The translations under genes and the position numbers were made by a program. Under the pieces are notes generated by a model. It was not told the DNA's origin. It searched no databases and worked only from the letters and a program-made list of their open reading frames with translations. A stretch of DNA of 64,000 nucleotides from Catajapyx aquilonaris (taxonomy: Eukaryota). The first letter of the stretch is position 1; each line of letters starts with the position of its first letter. The stretch lies in NCBI GenBank assembly GCA_000934665.2, contig KZ538115.1, forward strand, positions 1 through 64,000. Direction: 5' to 3'. Positions 1 to 13,084 of this stretch are shown one piece after another.

Positions 1-2789
1 GGGGGTGGATACACTTGCATAAAAGCCAGGGAGGAGCCAGCACAATAGCGACATTCCCAACCCCACAAATTGGCATATCGATACATCGTCCCTTGGTAAA
101 ATGGCCTTAGGGGTTGGAACCAGAGAGAGTGGAAGGGTTAGAAATTCTAGAGAGAATGATTGTTGCGAAACAATTGAAAAGGATATTTCCGACCCTGCTT
201 TTTCCGGGGCGCTGGGATTCTTTTCAGTGCCCGGTTGAAAGGGTGTAATTAGTTAGGAATCAAGAGGCGGCACAGGGAGAGAGGGGTTAATGAAAAGAGG
301 GGGGGAGGCCTAAGTTCATTTATCTGGACTCCGGAATGAGGGGGGGGCCCGATGTTAAAGAATGGGGCAAATAGTTGGAATGCCAACTGGCCATTGCCTC
401 CAAGCCCATTTACATTTTCTGCCCCTTCCAGTTATGCAGGGCTGCCACACAAAAGAGTGTTATCTAACTTCCAGGATCAACAATTTACTGCTCTATAGTG
501 AAGACCAAAAAAAAAGCCTCTGGCTCATTACACATTCTTGGAATTGCAGTGTCAGTTAACTCCATGAAAAAAGCTCTCATTTTTTGGGGGGGCAATATGA
601 CCGGGCATGTTTCGACCTGTGTTTTTGATCCGAATCCATCCACTACATATGTACAGGCTGACAATCGACCTGTTTTGCAGCCACCCCCGTGACATCCGAT
701 TGCATTGACATGTACAGAGTGCATCATGCGAAAACAGGGCCATGATTCAGAATTAACAGACGCATTATTTGTTCGCCTCACACGCGGAACATTTTGGGGG
801 AGAGGGGGGGGGGTGCTTCCATTTACAGTTTTATGCGGAGATTTCAGAGATACGGTTGAAATCCATCCCGGTCATGTAAAGACACGACCGACCCATTTGT
901 TTATGGGCTTAGCATTATCCCGAGCGAGTGTAATGTACCGGGGTAGCGTAGTTTTGAAGCCCTCGGAAACACGGATGAGCGGCGGACACAACGCTCAAAA
1001 AATGGGTTTTACACAGCCCATTCCGACCGACTATTAAAACTTCAACGCCTGGGTTTGATAACCTAGACCGCAATGGGCCAACGGCTCTGGATTTACTACC
1101 CTCAAAACCCTCAAGACTAACTGTGCACCCTGTACTGATAGGTTTCGATATACCACCAGTTTTATTTTGCCAAAAAAAAAGCTACGTGTACAGCCCCTAT
1201 CACGGATTCAAAATCGTTTGCACACGATAGTTAAACGAGGGTTGATATCGCCACATCCCTCCCCCCCTCAATGTGTGAGTATGTGTGGTGCATCCCCGAG
1301 GCCGCAAATGTCACCAAAATAACGCAAATGTGGTGGCCGCATCCAGCCATTTTTTAGCCCGCAAACGAGCGAATAAATGTTCAACGAGGGGTGTAAAAAC
1401 GCAATTATAATTACGCCTTCGCTTGATTATCAGAATTTTCCTCTGCCCCTTAAAAAAAAAAATCGGGAAGAGAACTCCGGGATTATTTTCCCATCTCTTA
1501 CTTTTCTCCAAGATTGTTTTCACGCCTGATGAGCCTTTGCATTTAATTTGATCATTATCAGACACCTGAGTGAATCCCCCCCTTCCTTAATCACCGCCTG
1601 TTGGGGATAGAGAGAGAGAGAGACACACTCGAAATAAAATCTGGATTTTGGGCACCACCCTTGAAATTATCCTGCCGTGGTCCACAGGATGTAAGAGGAC
1701 GTGCCAAATGTCAAGACAAGTCGATTCAAGCTGCTGAAGTGGAAAGTACACATTGCAAGGCAGAAAAGACAAGGAGAGGATCTTAATGAAACTCGTAACT
1801 CGGACGAAGCGGAATGCTCCTTGATGAGTCGCCTGGGTCTTTTCCCCGCCGTCATTCTGACATTCCCTTGCACCAACGAAAAAAAAGAGGATCTCATATG
1901 CCTCGTCTGGAATGAGCAGTAAAAAAAAGAGAGAGAGAGAGAGGCCCAGCCCCCGTCATTAAGACTTGGAGCCAACGTGTAGGATTGTACTAATAACGCT
2001 CTCGAAGAATTCGATAAAACGGTGATATATCTTTTGACTTGTAATGACCGCCGCCTGTAAGTTCGCAAGAAGAAGAAAAAAAAATGAGGACACTTGAAAT
2101 GTACGGTTATTCGCGATATAACTTGTGATGAAACTATGATTAAACATGCGCTGCACTTCAGGGAGGGGAGGATCACAATTTGAGAATGGAAACGACGGTC
2201 ATATTTTTGGAGGGGGTTTAAAGCCCACGTTCATTTTCGAGATCTCGAGTGCTAATTTCGGACAAACTGCTGCTATGCGTAAGGTATGCATGACGTTTTC
2301 CTCCTCAATTTTCTGACTAACGAAGCGGCTGAGACCAAATGTCATCTCTATATACATAAAGTGATCCTATGGCACCCATGAACTCACTCCATATAATTTT
2401 GGCAGAATCATTACAAAGCACCTTGATCCATATATTTTGAGCCGTGTCAGGGAAATTTAGCGTATAGCAACATAGTTTGTTGGGGGCATGACCACCGAAT
2501 TCTTTCTGTACACAGGAATATGGTGTAATTTGAGGTCGTGGGGTTTGTTGATGTTGCTTGCTTGTGTGAGGGTTGTGCGGGCGGCAACAGCAAACTGTTA
2601 AGCCTTCTATTTTCCAAGTTTCCTGTGTATATATATACAGAAAACCCAGGGTTCGAGGTTATGCCTCCAGAGCTTTCTAACGATTAACTACACGCGGTTA
2701 TGCTCAACTTTGCAACTCTATCGTTGACTTTAAGGTTGTGAGAGAAGAGTCGATTGCTTCGGTACAATATTCGTCTTCTCTAAGCAGGG

Positions 2790-3046
2790 CTTGCCGCCCT
2801 CCATTTGGACGTAGCACGATAGGCAACAGGCTGTCCCTCTGCACACTACTGGCCACTCTCAGGGGGGAAGTAGTACTACATGCACGTTGGTGATGAGTCA
2901 CAGCGCGGACAGGGTGCTACAACCAGCACGTGTCTCGCCTCCACTGAAGTGGGTCGTACCCTCTCTGACCGCCATGTCCTTTAATTGTTGAACGGGGAAA
3001 GTGTGATGGTATAACTCTTGGTATAACTACGAACCTATAGGCGATT
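2790..3046 (-). mobile_element. Interspersed repeat family C, copy 1 (unclassified non-autonomous element)
   Basis: Reverse complement aligns by eye with 9626-9866 (aatcgcctatag...cactttccccgttcaacaat..aggacatg..gcggtcagagagggt..gacccacttca.tggaggcga..cacgtgctgg...gactcatcaccaacgt.catgt). Ends approximate. Confidence 0.75.
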
Positions 3047-3810
3047 ATTCAACATGGACAAAGAAGCGGACGGACAGAATAAGGGGATTAGTAGTATGAT
3101 TAGAATAATTTACCCTAGCAAATGTAGAGCAAAAGTTAGTCTAAAGGGCAGAGTGTAAAATTGTATGAGCAGGACAGGGTTTCTGTTAAAGGTGGATTTG
3201 CGTGGATCCATAGTATTATGTGATATTCAATTTTTCAATAGGCTTCACTGCCATGCACTCCGGCTATTGTTATGGGTGTCGAGGGGCACAGTTTGGCGGG
3301 ACGAAACATTGGAAACGCGACACTCCACCGGTCTATTAATTTTATGCCGCATGGCCGAGGCTATAGGCCGCCATAATACTGTATTACGATCGCACGTTGT
3401 GTGCGATTAACAATATAGGCCTGGGGGTAATGCATTAGGTGTACAGTAATAATCCTCCCGCACGATAGTGGCCAACTACACCCGGCATATCGTGCGCTGA
3501 CCCAAGTGATGGCCCTATAAAGAGACCCGCTTATGTGGACAAGGGAATTACTCGCACGCTGGTTTTTGTCACCTCCAAAAGTGCGTGATGGAAGAAGATG
3601 ATGTGTAAAGCAAGGTGCTAACCACTGCGCGGGTTTAAAAAAAAATACCACTAATTTGCTTTTATTTACACTGCTGATGCTGCATACACACCACGACGTT
3701 GTTTGTTTTACCCTGATGCATGTAGCTTGAATCAGTAGAATGCCATTTCATACAGTGAAATGTTAATTTGAACATTCATGCAACATTCAAGACATTAAAC
3801 TTCATCTGAG

Positions 3811-3856
3811 AAAGAAATTTTTACAGTGGCTATATAGCCACTGTAAAAATTTCTTT
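3811..3856. repeat. Perfect 46-bp palindrome with no spacer
   Basis: aaagaaatttttacagtggctat|atagccactgtaaaaatttcttt. Confidence 0.95.
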
Positions 3857-4832
3857 TTGTGATTTATGCATTTTCCCATATGTGCGAAATCATTAAGACC
3901 TCCTAAATATTTTGGTAAGAGTCAACGCCTCAATTGTTACGCAGTGTTTTCACCTTCACACGAACTGTCAAATATACTCGTACTCCTATAGGTTTGAAAT
4001 AGTTTAATGTGCTGGGAACCATTGATGCAACCATTTTTGGCTCCTACAAAAACAGGTCATATATACGGAGTACAAATGCGATAACAGCCCATCTTTTTGT
4101 CCGTACATTACTGCTACCCGAGGGTATTGCGCTGAATAATACGCAGTGCCCCCATAGTTAAAATTTAATGCTGTAGTAATTACCCTGCCAGCCTGAAAAT
4201 TCAAAAAATAGCTGACTTATGCCTGCCACTTTTTTGTTCAAAAAAAAGAGAGAGCCTGTGCCTCAAAGGTACCATTAATACGTATAAACCTGTACAGTAC
4301 AATTTTGGTCCTTTTCATTGGTTCCAATCAGCGGCGGCACAATCCGGCCAAATGGCATTATAAACCTGTCAAAAGTGTGCCTGCTGCCCAGTTTCCAACA
4401 CGGTTGATGCAAATCACTAACCCTGTAAAAAAAAGAGTCCAGGAGTGAAAATGGCGATATGCAAAAAGGCAGTCGAGGATTAATAAATTAGATGAGGAGT
4501 AAGATTCAGCAATAAACGGTTGGTATGGAATGAAGATAAAGTTCCTGCGAAATTATGGCCGCATTAGTAAGTATTGAGTCCCGCATACTGTGACGGCTGA
4601 ATTTTAAATGCCTAATAGGATGATCCTGTCATGCTAAATTGGCTGTCACGACGATGGGGGAGGGGAAAAAAAGCCAGGGGGTTTTAAAAATGGGTTTTTA
4701 AATGGACTGCTGGACTGGCCCGGGATATTCACTAGTTCCGACGGGTGCCAGAATCGATATTTTTTTTTTCGCCAACATCGCTTGACGTTTGTTTATAAAG
4801 CACGAAAAAATGTTGAAGAAACAAAAAAAAAT

Positions 4833-4909
4833 CACCCTTGTGAGACACTCTCAGCTCATCAGGTTGAATAATATTCAACCTGATGAGCTGAGAGTGTCTC
4901 ACAAGGGTG
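4833..4909. repeat. Perfect palindrome, 38-bp arms, 1-nt spacer
   Basis: cacccttgtgagacactctcagctcatcaggttgaata-a-tattcaacctgatgagctgagagtgtctcacaagggtg. Confidence 0.95.
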
Positions 4910-4919
4910 CAAAATCTGG

Positions 4920-4992
4920 CACTGCAAAATCAATCCTTTGCAAGAAATACACATATTATGTGTATTTCTTGCAAAGGATTGATTTTGCAGTG
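4920..4992. repeat. Perfect palindrome, 36-bp arms, 1-nt spacer
   Basis: cactgcaaaatcaatcctttgcaagaaatacacata-t-tatgtgtatttcttgcaaaggattgattttgcagtg. The first 21 nt recur at 5405-5425. Confidence 0.95.
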
Positions 4993-6075
4993 TTTCTCAA
5001 TAATTTTTATTGAAAGTTGTTCCTCATAATATTAGATGAAAAAGTGATACTTAGTTTTTTTAAAAAAATATATGTCCATTGGGTAGTGAAAACCTGGGTA
5101 CAAAAGTCAAGAATTTGCAATTTTTTTTACATTTGAAATGGCCACAGCAGGCACTAAAAAACTTCCGAAATTTTTAATATTAATTTTTCATACGATAGCC
5201 AATTTTTTTGTTCAAGAACGATAATTAAAAAAAAAATTGACTGCGCTCAAGCATGATCCCATTTGCAGTGTTGTCACATTGTGCAACTAGAATTTATTTT
5301 CACTACTCATATATGGGACATGGCGTATATTTACAGGTACTGAGTTTCACTTTGCCATCTAATAAATTATGAAGAATTACTTCCAATAAAAATTATTGCG
5401 ATTCCACTGCAAAATCAATCCTTTGAAAATGAAACAATTTTTATTCTTGCTACATGCTGATTATTATTTTAATCAAATTGCATACTTGACCGTGTGTCTG
5501 TAATGCAACAGACGACTTTATTTGACAAGCCAGTGATGGATGGAACTGGATTTGGGTGAAAGGTTTCATCATGAGTTGGGGGGAAAAAGAAGAGGGGGGG
5601 GGGTAGGGTGGGGTTTATGAGGGAATTCCAGAGTGGTTTGGTGGCTGTTCCTTCCTTCCTTGGCCGGAAAAGCTCATCTTCATTTCCCTGCCATCACCAT
5701 CAGCAGAAGAGAGGGGGGGCAGGGGAGGGGAGAGGGTCTCGACGAGAGGCAATATGAAGGCAGTCCGACGCTCCATTTGCTGTTATTGGCCGTCATTAAA
5801 CACCCGATCGGAATGGGAGAGACTTGATGAGTATAGGGTTAGGGGGGGAGCCCCAGAAAGAGAGAGATATCTCCGGGATAGGGAACGCCCGGAGACTTGA
5901 CCGGACCGAAGCTACCAAAGGGTGATAAGCTTATCTGGGAAAGGCAGAGGGTGTGGTTCCTCCAGAGCTCTTGAGTGATCAGATCAGGGTGAGGCTTCTC
6001 ATGATAAAGATTTATTAGTGTAAGTGGACCTGAAGGTGGGATAAATTTCTTTAAAAAAAACTCTTTAAAGAGTTT

Positions 6076-6213
6076 AACACTATAGTTCATCCTGCCACCC
6101 ACCAAAGGCGCTGACTCTTCCCATTGCGCAGGCGCAGAACGTGGACCAATCCGGAGAGTCGTGCAAACAATATTCGGCCAGCCAATCACGCATACAACGA
6201 TTACTGATTTTAG
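6076..6213 (-). mobile_element. Helitron-like family A, degenerate copy
   Basis: Shares gattgg(x2)...ttct.cgc.tgcgcaatggg...agcgcct.tggtgg.tgg..gga.gaacta with copies at 36722, 49638 and 57148. Confidence 0.6.
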
Positions 6214-9200
6214 ACAACCAGACATGCTAGGATCTGAAATAAAATTTTTTGCCATTGGATGCTACTCACCCTGTTAAGATCGCAATATTTTTTAGCACAT
6301 TGTACTGTATCTTTTCGCGCGAGATATGGCTGAAAAAATGTGGCAACAGGTGGTTAGGAGGGGACGGGGTTTTTTGCGAATGTGAGACATGAAATATTGC
6401 TGGGAGCTGAGATTACAGGGAGGAAAATTAATGCTGAACTACTTTTTTTTTTTGGTGCACCAAGTTTTCGATTAGATATCGATTGCGTCAAGTTGGCAAA
6501 TTTTTGTTTGGAAATATTTTCCTCTTTTTTTTAAAGCTTGGTAACTGCAGACACAATATTTTCATCACTTCAGATATCAAAGAGTAAGTATTAGCAGGGT
6601 TCTGTCACAAGTGAGGCTGATATATACTGACGTCTAAATAAGCGTTCTGAATCCCTAATAATTCAGGTCTTATCGCATTTTTGCAGGCGATGCGATGGAA
6701 GGAAATCTGAAGCTGGGGAGGGGGGGAGGGAGGGAGGAAAGAAAAAAAAGGTGGGGAGAATATGAAAAAAAGTCGATTTCCAACACGAATGTGGAAATAT
6801 AAATTGATAAAGATTTTTCTTTTCACTTGGAGAAGTAGGAGGTATACAGTAACAGGTTAATATCGCTGTGCGAAAATTTTTCTATTTCTTCCGGGCCTCG
6901 TAATAGAATCCATTCTTCATCAGAGAGACGGATTTAGCTTGCACGGATCTTTCTGAAGTGTAAGAGCAGGAATTGAATGAAGAGGTAAATTGCAAGTTTT
7001 CCCTCCAATATTTGCACATTTAAAGCCCTCGCCTGCAGGAACAGTTTTATTTGTAGGCATTACAGTACATAACAATGTCTTTCAGTGATTGTTTAAAACA
7101 TAATTAATAATTATGTAACGAGGCTGGCTGTTATTGCAGTTAAGAAGATATAAGTGCTGATGTCTTCAGCTGCACTTGCTCCTGAAATTAATTTCCTTGG
7201 AGCAGCATCGTCCTCGTAGTGTTTCTCCCAGCTTGGTCAGTGACTAATCCGATTAGTAACGGGGAAAATCCTTCCCTGAACCCTTCTGCTGCCCTTTCCC
7301 AGATACGGGATGAACTGCTTCTGAGTAGATTGTCTGCTGGACCCAGCAAGGACAAGAGTAGTATATCGTGCTGAGAGATGGGGGGATTGGTTTGGGAAGA
7401 AGGATAATGAAAACCTCAGCGGTACGTGTCCCTTTACCGCATTTCTCCCCAAATAATCCGACTCGTAAGCAACAACAATTTGGCTCCATTTATTGGGCTG
7501 AATTTGGGAAAAGGGGGGAAAAAATATGTGGATGAGTAATCCGGATTGAACCACACAAAAATTGCGATAAATTTTGAACTCGAAATGCTCTGCTTTATGG
7601 TTTTTTTTATCCCTCCCTGAAGCACGTAGTGTATTTGAAATCAATCGGATTTTTTTAACAAAATTTGCTCACAAAAAAAGAGGTACAATAACGTGAATTC
7701 CACATTACTGGATTAGCAGGTTTCAAGTGCGAGGTAATATGTCGATATTGCCCTCTGTTAAGTCTGGAATTCCTGACCCTTTTCTCCTTGACTTTTTTGC
7801 TGACTGTAATATGTGACATAACCCAGATTCATGCTTTGATGATGTTAATATGTTGTCATCTGTTATAATTAGCTGATCATTTGTGGACTTGTGCACTTAG
7901 CTGATAAGTACATTTTTGGTTGAAACAATTCGGTGCGGTCAATGAGAGCTTTTGTGTCAGCACACATTAATTGTAATTTTTATTTGCCTTTGTACTCTTG
8001 CAAGCCGAACATTTTTTGCATTTATTTACCATTTAAAATGGATCCACCAATTATTCAGAAAATGTTCAACATCAAGCCTCCTTTTGTGTAAAACACATCA
8101 ATTTGAGTAAAACGTATATTCAAATCTGATTATGATAATTTAGTCAATTATGAGAAAATTAGGCTCACAAAGTTGGATGCTGTCTCAAGTGGTCGATATT
8201 GTAATCCTATTCGTAATTAATTTATTGCAATGTAGATTTCTTTATATGGTTTCAAAATATTTTGACATCATACGACCCGGAATCGTATCAGTTATAAAAA
8301 TATACTCACGTTTTTACTAACGATAAAACCGCACATTACTGGGCGTAAAGGCACTGATGTTGAAACGCGGGGGAATGTTTGAGCAATGATATCAAAATCT
8401 TGTTAGGCGGAGCAGCCGGTGCAACAACATGGGGGGGAAACTAATTAGCGTCGTATAAGTAGAGGGGGGGGGGGCTACTTACGAGCATTTAATTCCTTGA
8501 GATACGATTCGTTTTCCCCAACAGCTACTCTCGAAATTGTTTTCGACGCATTTTGAGTGCTTCCCTTCTTGAAATGATGATCCACCCTCTATTGAAATCA
8601 GAATTATTTCAATTTACTCAACATTTTCTTTGACTGTTTATGTCATGTTGCGTACATACATATTCCCGTCTATTTAAGAGTCGCCATAAGCTTTACGCAC
8701 GGATTTCTGGCAAACTTGTTTGGAAAGTTTCTATTACGGGCCCGCCCCGGATTGTTATCCAATTATCCAGGCAAGTGCTCTGATTTTACGAGGCTCCGTC
8801 CACCCTCCTCGAAATAAACATGTAAGGCACCAGCAGCCCTGGCTTGCTGTAAATGGCTGGAAGAGGGGGGTGTTATGAGGCTCCTGTAACGACACGTGTT
8901 GCAATGACGATTTTACAGGCCTTTGATAAATTCTAGGCTAGATCGGTCTGCATTATTTTGTGTGTGGGAGGGAGATGGGGGAGGGGGGTGAAGGGCTCTT
9001 AAAGCAATATTGGCAAATAAATGGGGTGCTTGGCCGGATCCTGATGGAGAGGAGGCCCGGATCACTGCCGGCTCTTCGCGCGAGTCAGATGAGCCATTTG
9101 CCACCTCAGCTATCGGCGGCTCCCGCGATCCGAAAGTGCTGCTGCCCGCACTTTATTTTAATCATTATGCGGCCGCGGACTGCTGCTGGGGGAGGGAACA

Positions 9201-9400
9201 TGAGGAGGAGGGGGGGAAAGGGAGAAAGCTTTTTGCAAAACTGTTTTGCCCTCAGGATGTAGGTCGGATTCAGGAAAGGTTTTCATGTGTAATTAAAAGG
9301 CGTGATTAGCAAATGATAACTCACTGGGAGAATCTTATAGTCAAAATGTGAAAATATTTTAGGCTCGAAATTATTGAGATACGTGACTCCACCCTATATA

Positions 9401-9606
9401 CAGGGTGGTCCAAGTTCAAGTGTCGTTTTATAACGGCGATTAATAGAAGCGCTTAACTATGACGTAGCAGCGACGTGTAAAATTGCCCATTCGATTGCGC
9501 CGAAGATGCGCCTAAGTGGGACATTTTACGCGTCGCTGCTACGTCATCGCAAAATCACTGCTATTAATCGCCGTTATAAAACGACACTTGAACTTGGACC
9601 ACCCTG
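9401..9606. mobile_element. Tc1/mariner-type MITE (206 bp)
   Basis: Perfect 46-bp TIRs (cagggtggtccaagttcaagtgtcgttttataacggcgattaatag), an internal secondary inverted repeat (atgacgtagcagcgacg), and CAGGGTG termini in TA-rich flanks (tatata|...|ctatata). Confidence 0.85.
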
Positions 9607-9625
9607 CTATATAAGCAAGCTGACA

Positions 9626-9866
9626 AATCGCCTATAGCTACCATAGTTTTCACTTTCCCCGTTCAACAATGAGAGGACATGTAGCGGTCAGAGAGGGTGG
9701 GACCCACTTCAATGGAGGCGACGAGTCACGTGCTGGTCCACGCGGCGACTCATCACCAACGTTCATGTGGTGCTACTTCCCACCGAGAGCGGCAGTAGCG
9801 TGCGCCATCTGGTATCGGATTTCGTACTAATTCCAAGTGGGGGGAGAGCCGGGCAGTGTTGTAAAA
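9626..9866 (+). mobile_element. Interspersed repeat family C, copy 2
   Basis: Homologous to 2790-3046 (opposite strand). Its 3' part (gcgccatctggta..cgg...tcgta.ta..tccaagtgg...gcagtgttgt.aaat) matches the arms of the 31832-32051 palindrome, 27945-28305 and 40610-40670. Confidence 0.75.
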
Positions 9867-12147
9867 TTGTGGCTTCTATAGTTAACTAAATAAACAACAG
9901 TAAATTCTGGTTGAATTTTTGTACTAAACTTAATATTCTTTGTTCATGCGAATGCGTGGTGCGAATTGTTTAAGTTTGAGACACATGCCAGCCACTCTTT
10001 TTTTGTTGAAAATTAATTGCATTTGACTTTATGCCCGTCATTATGGTCATGCCTTATTCCCAGCTGCAGCGCGGGTGCAGTTTTATGGCAATTTTAGAGG
10101 ACAGTTTTAAAATGAGGAGCGTCGTTGCAGCTAGATAATAACCTGGGCGCAGTCATATTTGCGAAAGTAATCTAGTTTGCGTTAAGAATAAGTTGTAAAG
10201 ATATTATTTTAAAGCACGTGCAAATTTTTTTGCGGTGTTAATGCCGTCATTGTTACTGGTGGAATGTAATCCTCCGCATTACAAGTTGTGGTGTGTCCAT
10301 CATGACTGTGATGAAACACAGGATTTTACATGCATCCCGGTCATTAATGATGAAATTGCGTTGTAAAACATGGACGCCTTTGGTCAGAATCAAGTTATTG
10401 CGCATGTACTATGTGACTGCTATTGCAAAAATATTCCGAGTGAAAACAGAACACAATAAAGTACGGTTCTTTTTCTGCTATGTAAATGCTATAACCCAGT
10501 CGTTTAGGAAAATTAGAGCAAATTACTGTCAGTTTGTGTCTGTACTTTTCCACCGAGATTTTTCCAGTCGCAGTCGGAGGAAAAATTTCAATAGTTTGCA
10601 AAAACTAGCTTCCAGCAACGACAGAATGTTTCGCCAATAGCCATGTAATGACATTGACTATACTAAGCACACAGACGTGCTCTTATCTTGTCCACACCAT
10701 ATGCAAATTTTCGCCCAAGCCCATATCTATACCAAATTTTTTTCTCTCTCTCTGCAACTCCAAATCTTTGTCCTAGATCTGTACCAACCCGGTCCCCTGT
10801 TCAGCATATCTGGCGTAATCAAATTCCCCAGGAATGGGTACCATCCGGATCAAACATTAGTCCCGAACCATTTCATGGCGAACGTGCCCGCAGATCTGAC
10901 GGGAAGTGATTAGTAATGTTGATTTAAGAGCTCTCATACAGTTTGGTCGTGTGATTGGCAGTGACCCAGTCTCTCCCCCTCCCTCCCCCCCGCAGCACAC
11001 AAATACTAAATGACACACACGGTGTCGACATGTCGTAACCGTCACATATAATGTCCCCACCAATTGATTTTTTCCATCCCTCCATTGTTTTCATCAGGAA
11101 ATGCAAGGCCTTTCTTTGGTCCATTAGTTTTAATAAGGTTTTTTTTTTTGAAACCGAGGCAACAGTTGCAGTGGATCACAGGAAGCGATATATCTGGCTA
11201 ATGTGAATGCTGGGGGTAACCAGACGCTCATAAATAGGTTAAAAGCCCTTCCGTTAGTAGTTTTCATGCCCGGAGGTGCAATTCGGTCGCATTCCCCCCA
11301 AATATACACCCAGGTCCCCCCCCCCATTTTGTAGCCATGGCCGCCATCATGGAATCGAAAGTTGACTGTTTTTGGCTGACACTCACTGGGTGCAACATCC
11401 TGTTGTATATTACAACGACAGTACTTTCTGGAGCTGTACGTTATGATTTTCTGTGGGGGCTGTTTTCATTATGCCCAAATGACAACTCTGGCCTGAGGGG
11501 AGTGCTCTGCTTTACCCTCTCAAAAAAGTGACAAGTATGAAATTCACAACGTGGGGAGTCAAAATGGCGGGGGAGCCCCAACCCTGCCAGGATGACAAGA
11601 TGGGCGTTAATGCGGGTTGTTAGACGGACAAGGGACTTTGCGGAGGTTGACATGACCACAAGAGAAGGACAGGCAAGGCAAGGCAAAGGGGGGTAGACAT
11701 TTTATGTCGGGCTACGGTGTCGTGGGAGACAAGCAATGACCATAGGAAAAGGGTGCGTCGTAAAACCCCTGGTGCTTAAACCGGAGGAATCTGCAATTCC
11801 GGAGGAGGTTTTGGAGGCCATTTTGGAACAGCGCTGCATTCTATAGAGAAGAGGGGCGAGAGGGCGACAGAATTAACACGTCGTGTTTTCGAGCGAGATT
11901 GCTGGTGTAACTTTCTCTCTACGTGTTAGGTCGGGTGTATTCACACTTTGCCAGCAAAGCCAAAGTCTACAGCTCAAGAGGAGAGAAAGTCCTGCATTGT
12001 TCACCCCAGCAACCAGTTAAAAAGTGTTCTCTTCGTGTTTGAGCGCATTTTCTCGGGGTATTTCGGCGTAGTCAGGGAGCATGTACTACATAAGAGGCGC
12101 AAACATTCGATTTCCGCGTCTCTCTGTTTGGGGGCGTTGCCAAGGCT

Positions 12148-12346
12148 GGCGGCCATTTTGAAGTGTGGGGAACGCCAACGAGGTATAAATAGGGTACAGG
12201 CAAAATAGGGTCCGCCATCTTTGATTCGCGCGTGTTCTTGCCGTGTAGTTGCCATGGCCGCCAAGCCATCAAAGATGGCGGACCCTATTTTTGCCTGTAC
12301 CCTATTTATATCTCGTTGGCGTTCCCCACACTTCAAAATGGCCGCC
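12148..12346. mobile_element. Long inverted repeat, MITE-like (78/79-bp arms, 42-bp spacer)
   Basis: Arms 12148-12225 and 12268-12346 differ by one substitution and one 1-nt indel. Each arm has GCCATT/GCCATC (YY1/Pho-like) motifs and TATAAAT. Confidence 0.8.
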
Positions 12347-13084
12347 GGTATATGCTCCCTGGCGTAGTTGTCACAGATTCCTTCTAATAAACGTACAAAA
12401 TAATCGAAACAAATTTACATTGTTGGACGGTGCACTGCCCTGGTGTATACAATACACTGTAGAGGCCTGGAGGCCTCCCCGATTCATTCAGCTGATGCGT
12501 TAATGGTTTAAATTGATTGATTGTTGTTGCATTATATTTACCCGGGGTTTTAGTTTATCCAATGATATTATGGCTGTGCGCGCAACCAGATTAACAAATT
12601 TGTAGTAACTCAATTGCAGTATTTAATTACCGGACCGGCTGTGATTCGGTTTTTGTTTTGAAAGAGGTATGTCTTCGTTACTGAAATTGCATTACGAAAG
12701 CATAACAATCATCGATGTTGTGTGATGTTAATGCCTGGCTAGTTTAAATATTGTGCGGATTTATTCCAATTGGTGCTATGCGACTGTTACGAATACGTGT
12801 GCAACATCGGTTGTAAAATTTATTTGCACGCTTACATCACATCTCACTGTCAGATTAAATATGATATTCTGCCAATTAGGAAGATGCGTTTTTCTGTCAA
12901 AATTCAGGCATTAATATGTAATTTTAAATTAGGAAAACCCCGCGCTCATTTTTCTATACTTATAGGGCGCATGCCTATAAATCCACTTGCTTTGATTGCT
13001 TTTATTTAAAGTTTAAAATTGCATGTTAATTTACTTGTAAAAGAAAAATGCATCTTTCATCGTACTGTACCCACCTGGTATAGA

